Shown here: in pieces, positions 55,001-64,000 of the stretch
How positions within the stretch are numbered: the first letter of the stretch is position 1
Layout: each line of letters opens with the position of its first letter
Assembly: GCF_001949145.1 (NCBI RefSeq)
Contig: NW_019091357.1
Coordinates: forward strand, 624,671-688,670
Reading direction: 5' to 3'
Source: Acanthaster planci
Taxonomy: Eukaryota
DNA: 64,000 bases
The notes under the pieces: generated by a model
Databases searched by the model: none
What the model saw: only the letters and a program-made list of their open reading frames with translations
What the model was told of the DNA's origin: nothing
Translations under genes and position numbers: made by a program

Positions 55001-56622
55001 ACTGCACTGGATGGTGATTTATCCAAGTTAAGGGGTTCAAGGTATGTAGCCAAGGTCAACATTCTTCGAAACATTTAGCTACTGGTAAAAAAATTAGCAG
55101 CTCAGTCTGTACGATATTTTAAAAGACACTGCAGTCGAAGCATGACGAAAAGAAAAGATAAATGGATATGAATTCACAGGACTTTTGCTGATCCCTAGAG
55201 CTACTGAAGTCAAGGTGGTGGTGATGATGGTACACACAGACACAAGGCATCCACCTTCCGGCAAAAATTAAGGAACTTCCGCCGTGACCATTCCGCACCA
55301 TGGTCCAGTCGCAAGTCCATACACTCTGGTTGGGCTTGGGCTGGCTCTAAAATGTATAAATGCAGTTGGACAATAACAAATTTGGTGAGTTTTAATTAAT
55401 TAAGTTATGTAACACTGAGCGCTGATAGCAGGCAGTAAGAATTTTGGGTCTTCCGAAACATTGGAAATCACGATGGGGCTTCGTTAAAAAAGTGCCGAAA
55501 CGAGAAAAAATCTCATTATAACGTTGTTGAACGTTTAACTTTAGCACACTATTCCATTTGTTGTTGTTTCGTGGTACTTCCTTAGCTTCACTTCATCCCC
55601 AGTTCTACAAATGATAACGACGGTAAGATTTTAGTTGCACCGTGGACAGAACTTAGATGCAGAAAATACTCGTTCGCATAGCGCTTATTATTTTCTCTGG
55701 TCTTTTATGAATTGCGCCCTCTCTTGATAACACTTGAGTCCTTTTGGCATAACGAACCAACGGTCAAAGGTTAATAAGCCACAAAACATGGAGGAATGAA
55801 ACTCTCGAAAGGTACCCCGGTTTTTTTTTATTGCTCCTGGACCAAATTGCACTTTGTGTTTCCTTGCCTGAGTCAGTGTATCCATGTGAATTGACTGTTG
55901 CCAAATATTAGGTGATATTCTGTGCTGGAAGAAAGGAATGCATTGTTGAAGTTACAGTTGTTTATTGTTGCGATGGGCAACGCGCATAATTATGCCCTCT
56001 GCTGTTGCTGTGCAGTACGCCAGTTGGCGTGGATTACATTTCGAGAGTGGCCAACGCAAACGTAGGCCTAAATTATGTTTAAATTTCAGAATTGAGTGTA
56101 CAGTACACAGTGTATTTTGTATTACTTACATGCTTGAATTATGAACGCTTGTGGTAAATATTTGTAGAATAAAATTATTGTCAATTGGCATGATTGGGCC
56201 TAGGCCTATGCATGCCTATGGGTCACTCATGGCTCAGTGAAGGATCTGACATTTAAAGTGCGCTAGACACCAACATGTAATAAATGAATTTGTATGTGTC
56301 CTGCTTGACTTAACACTGCATAAGAATAATTTGGGCTTTTGTTAATATTGTCAATGCTATTGCATTTTGATACATGTAATAGGCCTGTTGTAAGTAATAT
56401 TTTGGTATTTTTGCTAAAAAACCCCATCTTTTTGAAGTTAAAGTTGTCAAATTACAGTGTACGGCAGTATTGATGTCACATCAATTTGGTTCTTGCATGA
56501 AATGTTATAGGAAATAAGAAATCAAGGAATGAAATTGACTATTGCCAACCAAGTGCTTTCATCAACTTTCAACTCTCATTTTGTGTGTCATCACTTTTAC
56601 CAGTCAGTGATACTATCACAAC

Positions 56623-56811
56623 ATGAGCACCACTCCCTCGGAAGACACATCACGCCATGGAAAGAAGAAACGGAAGAAGAAGAGGGGATCCAGCATGAAT
56701 CGGGTTCATCCCGAGGGATCCAGCGGAGATTTAAGCCCTAGGCAGAATGGCTACATTGACAGACAAGAGATGGCTGGAAGGAATGACATGGGAAATAACA
56801 ATAATAACAGT
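56623..56811 (+). CDS. Ankyrin-repeat TRP cation channel, first coding exon (63 codons)
   Basis: Acceptor ttttaccag| at 56603, aacATG start, donor AGT|GTAAGT, phase 0. Encodes a basic KKKRKKKR stretch and RVHP. Confidence 0.72.
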
Positions 56812-57013
56812 GTAAGTAGTAACATGGATGAATATTGTCCCTGGCCTTGACGATCCTTTCATCGTGGGACTAACGCAGAGTTTTGAAAATGGTTTTGCTG
56901 TGTTATAGCTCAAGAAAAGGAAAACAAACTCTAGAAATCTTACCTTCCTGTGCTCTGAAAATTCCTTGCTTATAATTGTTATATTTTTGCCGTCTTGGTT
57001 TAATATTTTACAG

Positions 57014-57125
57014 GCAGAAATATCAACGGCAGCTGATGCTTTCAACATCTTAAACAATGTCCAGAAAGGTGCTGAACGCTTCAAAGGGCTGAGCTGTCGT
57101 AGGAGGATGATTAGAGGAGAGCAGA
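57014..57125 (+). CDS. TRP channel coding exon 2
   Basis: ttttacag|GCA...CAG A|GTAAGA. Phase 0 in, phase 1 out, compatible with both neighbours. AEISTAADAFNILNNVQKGAERFKGLSCRRRMIRGEQ. Confidence 0.75.
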
Positions 57126-58259
57126 GTAAGACATACCCCCTTCTGTCCCCACCCCTTGATTAGAATGTCTTTGTTAATGACGACAGCCTCGTATTCAAGG
57201 GGATTTGATAGTTGTCTTTCAGTTGCCGCATCCAGTATGCATGAAAGAGTCCACCCATGATTGCTGTTCATTGAGGGCTTATTTGTTAAGGGAGCGGTTA
57301 CGTGCTTTCCTCAAGAAGAAGAAGTTAAGTCTGTTAAGACAGAATTTGTTCTACATTTTGTTGAATGGCCGAAAGCTTTCTCATGTATCTTTGAATACCT
57401 AAATCTCCACCTTGATGTTGTTGAAATATCCGATCATAAAATGTCATCAGCTTCATGCAGCTTGATCAATTATTCATCGATACCATTCTCCATCTTCTCA
57501 TTGTTTGTCATTGTGACCCTTTTACCACATGTTTTCTCTCATGGACTGTTGCTCAATCAATGCTGATAATTATTTGAACATGTAAGTATTTTTCCAATCC
57601 AGTTAAAACTGACACAAATAATTTTGGTGCTGATATTTTGGTAGGACCTGTTGCAGATAACATCAGACTCACAGTAACATGTTCACAGCAACTCTGTTTT
57701 CTTCACAAATGGTTAATAAATTTCACCTGATGTAACAGAAGTCATGCACAGCTAATTTATGGTGGTGGTGTTCTGAGAACAAGGTTGAGGTAAAGATTCC
57801 CCTTACATCATGATGAGTTGACCAATGGATTCAAAGCTGAATCATAAAATATTTATCAGATTAACTGGAATTTCCTCTTATCAGTGTTCTTGACTTTCTC
57901 TAACCATCACCTGTTTGATTTCCACTTAATATCACCTTTCATTTTGGAATTGTCACCTGTAACACAGAGCTTAAGGGTAAGTATCAGAGTAGACCGTGGA
58001 GTTAGTGAAGATCCTGTAATCAACTTCCCTGGGTTAGGTTTTGCATTATTTTGCGCTTCTTGGAATAAAGAAACTGCTTGTGGTCTTAACTTGCCTTCAA
58101 GTCTTGCTCTCTTTTTAATCTTAATCCCAAGTTCTTTTGGCTCCAAAGAAAGATATCTTGTAGAGTGTCACATCTTTTATTTGCAATGTTTTGCTGCGCT
58201 TTCCCCAACTTTCTATTCTTGGTAAAGGAAATCACAAGCGGCAATTTAAAACTGTTTAA

Positions 58260-58428
58260 TAGTGAGCCAGTTCAGTATTCCAACAGAGCGTGCCCAGAAT
58301 GAAGTGTGTCTGAGGTCATTTGTTGGTGTGAGCAAGGTTAACTCCATCAGTGCGACCCTATGCTGGCTCCTTTCTATGCTTTGTTTCCCAATGACCTTGC
58401 TTTTTTGAAATACTGAACTGGCTCATTA
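58260..58428. mobile_element. MITE in a TRP intron
   Basis: About 28-bp TIRs TGAGCCAGTTCAGTATTCCAACAGAGC / GCTTTTTTGAAATACTGAACTGGCTCA with TA at the outer ends. Confidence 0.72.
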
Positions 58429-59117
58429 AGTCAAACTTAGGGTAAAGTTAGGGTTAACGTTTCCGTATTACTCAGTTCCATACCTTAGTACTCTGTGTTT
58501 ATTTTGGGCTGGTTGCTTAAAACAGTCGGGAATTCTTTTCAATGTCTGCTCTCAGAGATAATTGTACCCGTACCTGTACTTTTGTAGACCTTTGCGTCAC
58601 TTTTCAATGTTCCTTTTTCTTTAGCTTAGTTAATTTTTTACACCCACAAATCTGCAAGCTGCTTCCACTGAATCAAAGTAAAGTTTCGAGTTTCGAGTGA
58701 AATGAAACTAACAGTTTTGGCCCTAGTTGCTGGATCTGAAGAAATGATGTACAACTCTGACAATTTCAAAAGTTTAGTTGAGGAGAATGTGACTTCAAAT
58801 CTTATTAATGAAGATTCATGCTCCCTGGCTGCCTGATTCTTCAGGTTGTGGTTGAGGTAACCCTTACTTTCACCTCTATTACCTCTTGGAATATTAATTC
58901 TCTTAATGCTTAACACTTCAACAATGTTTCCCTTAAAAACAAAATCGTGTAAATTTATTTGGTTTTGGGCAGTGCTGTTATTTTGGAAATTTTTTTTTAT
59001 TTTTTGGTAATGTTCAGAAAAATAGGCAAAGATACTACCTGTTCTAGAAAATTCTACACTTCAACACTTGACTGTTAAACTTTCATTCTATCCAATGTAT
59101 TAGATTGATCATGGTTA

Positions 59118-59257
59118 ATAGAAGTACACCCCAAACTCAAGCCATATAGAAGTACACCCCAAACTCAAGCCATATAGAAATACACCCCTAACTCAAGCCA
59201 TATAGAAATACACCCCTAACTCAAGCCATAAAGAAGTACACCCCAAACTCAAGCCAT
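59118..59257. repeat. Minisatellite, 28-bp unit x5
   Basis: Five adjacent copies of ATAGAAGTACACCCCAAACTCAAGCCAT, each with 0-2 substitutions. Confidence 0.95.
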
Positions 59258-59381
59258 GGAATTCTGACCTTTGAAATCTGGAAGGGAAAGATAATGAAAA
59301 TTGTACTCTGAAATGTGCAGAGACAATAACCAACAGTTTGGCTGATCAAATCTCTTTTCACCTGTATTTTCCCATTGACAG

Positions 59382-59602
59382 AATTGGGCTTTTGCAACAA
59401 AGGTAAGGGGATTGATGACAGCATTGTAGCAGAGCCCCTGAAACGTAACCGCTTCAACGAAGCCCTCATCTCCTACTTTGCCCAACTGGCACGGTCAGAA
59501 ATTGAAGATGAGGTCGTTGACCTTGAACATGTGGAATATCTGCTAGAGAATGGAGCTGATATCCGCTGTACGGACAAGCATGGACAGACGGTGTTACATG
59601 AG
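59382..59602 (+). CDS. TRP channel coding exon 3 (first ankyrin repeat)
   Basis: attgacag| acceptor and GAG|GTAACA donor. ...VDLEHVEYLLENGADIRCTDKHGQTVLHE has the ankyrin pattern. Confidence 0.92.
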
Positions 59603-60166
59603 GTAACATTTGAATTCAGTTTGATGAAAATTGACGTTGTTTTGCTAAATTCTGTGGTGGCAAAGTGAAACACTGGAGTACTTTGAGATTCCTTAGGTAT
59701 CATTTTTCTCTTGGGAGTACACGGTTCTGCTCAGTTCCACCTGCCTTCTGAGATATATTCCGCTAAATGCAGTTAAGTTTGGAAAAATTGGTTTTGCATG
59801 CCGTTCCTGGGCTTGCCTTTGGTTTCTGATTTATTTTAGCATTCTGAAGATCAGACATGCCTTCCAAACTTTTCTTGGCAAACTTTTAAGATAATGTGGT
59901 TTTCAATTGTGAAAGGTACTTCAGCTAAGTACTACTTTGGGGTGCAGGCACAAACTTGTTTCAGGGAACGGTGGGTCTTATGTCCCTGGGCGAGATATTT
60001 GACTGAGAGTGTTTTTGCCTTCCCCAGAGCATTTGGGTCTCATTGAAGGCAGCATCGGTTCAGGGTGTTATTTTATTAGTTTGCACACCCTTTGTGCAAG
60101 ATGAACTTACTTCCATATCTTTGTAGAAAGTTCAGATTACTGGTACTGCATATATTTGGTTCTTAG

Positions 60167-60317
60167 GCTGTTCGTGCTTGGGAGACGGATGTAGCATCAT
60201 TCTTACTGGAGAAGGGGGCAGATCCAAATCAGAAGGACCGTTATGGAAGAGCTCCCCTCCACATTGCTGCCGCTGTCAACTACCCAGAGATGATCATGCT
60301 CCTTTTGGACAATGATG
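60167..60317 (+). CDS. TRP channel coding exon 4 (ankyrin repeats)
   Basis: ttcttag|GCT...G|GTAGGA. AVRAWETDVASFLLEKGADPNQKDRYGRAPLHIAAAVNYPEMIMLLLDND. Confidence 0.93.
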
Positions 60318-60517
60318 GTAGGATTTGCTTGTAAAATTAGGGACTGAGTCCCATTTAAAATGCTGACTTACCAATCAGGCAAAGCCAATTTCTTCACGGC
60401 AATGAAAAGTGAAGATTTGCTTTTCAGATTTCAATTAATTAACACCCAGCAGTCGACCAACCTCAGCTATCAGTGAATGACTTTTATATGTTCAGTCTTG
60501 CTCTTTTTCTGTCACAG

Positions 60518-60679
60518 CCGATATTGAAATACTAACAGCTGACGAGAACCACACACCTCTTCATTTTGCTGCTCGGAATGACGCGTGCGCAGCACTAAAG
60601 GCACTCCGCCGAATGGGGGCCAATCTACATCCACGAGACTACAAAGGGAGAACACCTCTGCAGGTTGCAGCTGAGCTTG
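60518..60679 (+). CDS. TRP channel coding exon 5 (ankyrin repeats)
   Basis: gtcacag|CC...G|GTAAGA, phase 1/1. ADIEILTADENHTPLHFAARNDACAALKALRRMGANLHPRDYKGRTPLQVAAEL. Confidence 0.93.
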
Positions 60680-60841
60680 GTAAGAACGTCCTGACATTCT
60701 GATAAAACAATCTCCTCACATTGCACTAGAATATCTGTGAGTTGTATGAGTATCTTGTCATTGCTGGCTTAGTTTGGGCAGAAAGCCAGAAATTCAATAC
60801 GAAAGCTTTGCTGAAGTTTTGAGGTCTGATGTTACTCTCAG

Positions 60842-60951
60842 ATCGTAGTGAAACGGCTAAACTTCTCCTTGAGATGGGTGCGGATGCCTCTGATATTGAC
60901 AACGCTGGACAGACAGCCCTAGTGCAGCTTATTTGCAAGATGCCAGCAGTA
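60842..60951 (+). CDS. TRP channel coding exon 6 (ankyrin repeats)
   Basis: ctctcag|AT...GTA|GTAAGT. DRSETAKLLLEMGADASDIDNAGQTALVQLICKMPAV. Confidence 0.92.
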
Positions 60952-60955
60952 GTAA

Positions 60956-61020
60956 GTCACATGCTCATCACATGGTTATCATATGATTGGCACATGATCG
61001 GAACATGGTTGTCACATGGC
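60956..61020. repeat. Degenerate 11-bp tandem repeat (TCACATG core)
   Basis: About six CACATG/CATATG/AACATG units at 11-bp spacing, directly after a splice donor. Confidence 0.65.
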
Positions 61021-61215
61021 AATGACATAATCTTCCAAATTGCTGTAATTACTTTTATATCACACAAACATGTTAACATTCTGTAAAATTCCTTTTATGG
61101 AGGACAGAAATGTCATCCATTTTTGTGAAAAAAATTTATAAACTAAACTTTTACCTTAAAATTTGAGAATGTAAGATTCAAGATGATGAGATTTTATTTT
61201 CTTTTTTCCATTTAG

Positions 61216-61335
61216 GCTAAGGAGGCCCTTGATCAGTTCCATCGATGTGATCGTGCAAACCGCAAACAGTACTATGATATTCACTTTGTTGAGCCCACCA
61301 AACCAGATGATAAAGCACCCAAGTCTCGATCTGCA
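61216..61335 (+). CDS. TRP channel coding exon 7 (linker)
   Basis: ccatttag|GCT...GCA|GTAAGC, phase 0/0. AKEALDQFHRCDRANRKQYYDIHFVEPTKPDDKAPKSRSA resembles the TRPA-type post-ankyrin linker. Confidence 0.9.
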
Positions 61336-61375
61336 GTAAGCATGACAAGATTTGATTAATAATCCAGACTGACAC

Positions 61376-61445
61376 TAGTCTGATTGGAGGGAGGATACTT
61401 GTGTTTTGTCTTGGTATGAAGGGTTCGAATCCCGCCCAGGCTGTG
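61376..61445 (+). mobile_element. tRNA-derived SINE head relic
   Basis: A-box-like TAGTCTGATTGG and B-box GGTTCGAATCC (61422-61432); no cloverleaf. Confidence 0.45.
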
Positions 61446-61578
61446 TGTATTTCTCTAAAGTAACCCTTTGATTTGAGAAAACAAAGATGGTTTGAAATTC
61501 AATTCTTTGATCACATTTGTCAGTCTGTTAAGAGCAGTTATGGATTCACCATTGCTAAATGAACTTACAGCTCAGTGT

Positions 61579-61753
61579 ATGTAAATTACTTGACCTTTGA
61601 CACAGCTGCAGGTCATAGTTCAGTTTCACCAGCTGGAGCTGATCCTCCATCCAGTTATTTTGTGTAGATGTAAATTACTTGACCTTTGACCCTTTGACAC
61701 AGCTGCAGGTCATAGTTCAGTTTCACCAGCTGGAGCTGATCCTCCATCCGGTT
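61579..61753 (+). repeat. Tandem duplication of a splice acceptor plus the exon 5' end
   Basis: ATGTAAATTACTTGACCTTTGAC(CCTTTGAC)ACAGCTGCAGGTCATAGTTCAGTTTCACCAGCTGGAGCTGATCCTCCATCC occurs twice. Confidence 0.92.
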
Positions 61754-61794
61754 GTACAGAGGCTGATGGAGATCAAATGGAAGAAATTTGGCTG
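61703..61794 (+). CDS. TRP channel coding exon 8 (pre-S1)
   Basis: gacacag|CTG...TG|GTGAGT. LQVIVQFHQLELILHPVVQRLMEIKWKKFG contains the TRP pre-S1 HP...KW motif. Confidence 0.9.
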
Positions 61795-61904
61795 GTGAGT
61801 CATTACAAGAATCCGTCCTTTTACTGAGATCAAAAAAACGTGTTCTGTATTCTAATCTTGGCAGACGCTTGGCACATTTATGTCTGACGTTTTTGTCAAC
61901 ACAG

Positions 61905-62031
61905 GTGGGGAGCTATCTTACAAGTCCTGGTCAACTTGGCTTTCATCTTACTGTGGTCAGTCATTGCTGTTACCTTGCGACCAAGTGAGAGGATGACACT
62001 CCCTAATGACATTTGGAGAATAGCGATCTGG
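61905..62031 (+). CDS. TRP channel coding exon 9 (S1)
   Basis: aacacag|G...TGG|GTAGGT. WWGAILQVLVNLAFILLWSVIAVTLRPSERMTLPNDIWRIAIW includes a hydrophobic helix. Confidence 0.9.
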
Positions 62032-62121
62032 GTAGGTACATGGATTCCGATTCTTCTATAGGAGAGTTTATTGGAGCCCATGCTACTCTCTGCCTTGTAT
62101 AACCAGGACAGACGATGCCAA

Positions 62122-62291
62122 TATGGCGATTCACAATAGAGCGCCTCCAAGAGTTTGCAACGCATTGGCCTATCACAATGCGCAAAATCTGTTGACCTTT
62201 TCCAAACGCGCATTGGGTCGACAGATTTTGAGCATCATGATTAGCCAATGCGTTGCAAACTCTTGGAGGCGTACTTCTGTGAATCGCCCGT
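62122..62291. mobile_element. Hairpin MITE, copy 2 (in a TRP intron)
   Basis: Same arms as 8988-9159, with the central loop in the opposite orientation (TTTCCAAACGCGCATT vs AATGCGCGTTTGGAAA). Confidence 0.85.
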
Positions 62292-62506
62292 GTTATATTG
62301 AACGACAAGAAAGCTCTGCAGCAGTTGCAAGAAGTCTGTGATGCTGCCACAACAACAGCATCAGTCATAAATTGAAACATCACCATAGCAACAGGAACAA
62401 AAGTAACTTGAACATCATCAGCAGCAGTAACATCACTGTCGTTGCAATAACCTTAATTGACCCTGATAACGCTGTTGTACACTGTTTCTTTTTTGGGGGG
62501 GGACAG

Positions 62507-62584
62507 GCATTGGCGCTTTTGATTACCTGCTACATGATTGGCCAAGAACTTCAAGAAGTCTACGTATCAAAGAAGAAATTCAAA
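62507..62584 (+). CDS. TRP channel coding exon 10 (S2)
   Basis: ggacag|GCA...AAA|GTAAGA, phase 0/0. ALALLITCYMIGQELQEVYVSKKKFK. Confidence 0.88.
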
Positions 62585-62714
62585 GTAAGATAAAAATATA
62601 CATATGGTTTGTCTATTCTTCCCCTCAATTTAAATAGTGATATCATTTCCTTGATACCTCTGTAGAGAAGTTCACAGTGTCAGTGTTAGTGTGGCAGTTC
62701 TAGTTTGTTAATGC

Positions 62715-62773
62715 CAGGGTGTTCGATTAAGATTTCAGGGTGTGAGATTAAGATGTCAGGGTGTTGGATTAAG
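62715..62773. repeat. Tandem repeat, 21-bp unit x about 3
   Basis: CAGGGTGTTCGATTAAGATTT, CAGGGTGTGAGATTAAGATGT, CAGGGTGTTGGATTAAG. Confidence 0.85.
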
Positions 62774-62802
62774 TGCTTACAGTTAGCTTGTTCCACCCCT
62801 AG

Positions 62803-62942
62803 AGATGGAAGAAATGGCGTATCGGTGAGATTGAGAAGGATCTCAGGTATTGTCACCCACAGTGGCCTCAAGAACAGCAGTACCTTCGTCAGGAGATTGA
62901 AGAGATCAATGATCAAGGAGCTGCCTACTTCAGTGAATTCTG
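62803..62942 (+). CDS. TRP channel coding exon 11 (long S2-S3 loop)
   Basis: acccctag|AGA...TG|GTAGGT. RWKKWRIGEIEKDLRYCHPQWPQEQQYLRQEIEEINDQGAAYFSEF(W); joining to the next exon gives the TRP motif YFxxxWNxxD. Confidence 0.88.
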
Positions 62943-63045
62943 GTAGGTTGTTGGTCCAATGCCAACCCATCTCCCATAATGTTTACCTTCTCCCAACTAG
63001 AACCACCCCTGAAGGCCTAACCGGCAGATCCCTGTCAAAAGTATA

Positions 63046-63125
63046 AAGAGATCAGTGATCAGTGAGCTGCAAGAGTGAATTCTGATTGGTTGCTGGTTCA
63101 ACGCCAACCTTGCTCTTCCCATAAT
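63046..63125 (+). repeat. Diverged duplicate of the exon 11 3' end and donor (source 62900-62980)
   Basis: AAGAGATCAGTGATCAGTGAGCTGC...GTGAATTCTGATTGGTTGCTGGTTCAACGCCAACC...CCCATAAT aligns to AAGAGATCAATGATCAAGGAGCTGC...GTGAATTCTGGTAGGTTGTTGGTCCAATGCCAACC...CCCATAAT. Confidence 0.8.
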
Positions 63126-63669
63126 CCTTACTGCAACCCTTACCTTGACCCTCCAACTACAATCAACTTTAAAAGTCCCAGAGAGGAGGACCTCCAGCCA
63201 ATGACTCAACAAATCAAAGATTCATCAAAAGTTCTGGGGGGTTGCTGGTTCAGCTCCAACCCAGCGTCTGGACTTCCACTTTCAAACTAAATCCCCTACC
63301 CCAGGATGAGCCTTCAATGCAACTCTGTAACTTGGACCTAGATCCTTTTCAACTTCATTGGTACCTTGGACTTAAATTATCTGCCAGGCCCATGATCACG
63401 GCAACAGCTCCAAGAGTTTAAAGGAATTTATGATCAAGAGAGAGAGGCTCACATATTCCCAACTTCAAAGCAGTCTAAGACACTTATGTCAGTATTTTCA
63501 TACTTTCATATTAGATTTTTAAAAATGTTTCATGACCTCAAAATCGTAGGCCAGTCATTGGATTGAGAAAATTGCAAGGTGGATGGCTATTGGGTGGGTT
63601 GGATGCAATGAGGGAGTGTGCAGACTCATTTGTGCCATCTGATTGGTCCATTTTGTTTCCTTCCCATAG

Positions 63670-63857
63670 GAACTACTTTGATTGGATCGTTTACTTCCTA
63701 CTTCTTGTCATTACTGGTTTATACATAGCCAGTCACATCATCACTAGTGATGAACATCACATAAGTCTCATTGCTTTCATGCGTCGCTTCATGGCTGTGT
63801 CCATTATTCCAATCTGGTTACGCTTTATGAAGTCAGCCAGGGCATTCAAACAAATTG
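63670..63857 (+). CDS. TRP channel coding exon 12 (S3-S4); gene continues beyond the window end
   Basis: cccatag|G...G|GTAAGA. (W)NYFDWIVYFLLLVITGLYIASH...FMAVSIIPIWLRFMKSARAFKQIG is typical of S3, S4 and the S4-S5 linker. Confidence 0.92.
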
Positions 63858-64000
63858 GTAAGATTTCTTTTGTAGAAGTGTGTTTTTTTCATTGACCCTT
63901 GAAAATGCTTCCTCTCAGTTCACAAGGTGCTGGCACTGATAGTAATGTTTTGAATTTTTAAAGTTTGACCTAAGGTACTTATATTTTGCACTGGTAACGT

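Noticed and set aside
55355..55628. TATA-like box (55355) and donors at 55385 and 55623 as the TRP 5' UTR exon
   Set aside because: An upstream exon is likely because an acceptor precedes the ATG, but I cannot choose between candidates. The 55623 option adds an out-of-frame upstream ATG.
59118..59257. 28-bp repeats resembling a CRISPR array
   Set aside because: The units are directly adjacent with no unique spacers, there are no cas genes, and the context is a eukaryotic intron. This is a minisatellite.
61376..61445. Possible tRNA gene
   Set aside because: A and B boxes are present, but there is no acceptor stem or cloverleaf. Treated as a SINE relic.

Overview
Eukaryotic (metazoan) genomic DNA with canonical GT-AG introns; a marine invertebrate deuterostome such as an echinoderm is my inference from gene and repeat style. 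There are two divergently oriented spliced genes, both incomplete in the window. (1) Minus strand: a NOL4/NOL4L-family gene with three phase-0 coding exons (46425-46694, 34506-34646, 32109-32387; 230 aa, including an HHCC integrase-like zinc-binding motif), followed by an intron of more than 32 kb that runs off the window start. That intron holds a well-supported candidate alternative first exon (14250-14297) with an ATG-free leader, and a candidate poison exon. (2) Plus strand: an ankyrin-repeat TRP cation channel with 12 phase-compatible exons from 56623 to 63857 (about 563 aa, cut off after S4). It has only about 5-6 ankyrin repeats, an N-terminal RVxP motif, an unusual S2-S3 loop insertion, and two local duplications of exon boundaries. 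Non-coding DNA contains MITEs (piggyBac-, hAT- and TA-type), tRNA-derived SINE relics, a palindromic repeat carrying a minimal hammerhead-ribozyme motif, minisatellites, and candidate RFX X-box, Sox-POU, CRE and CTCF motifs. I saw no CRISPR array, rRNA, intact tRNA or autonomous transposon ORF.
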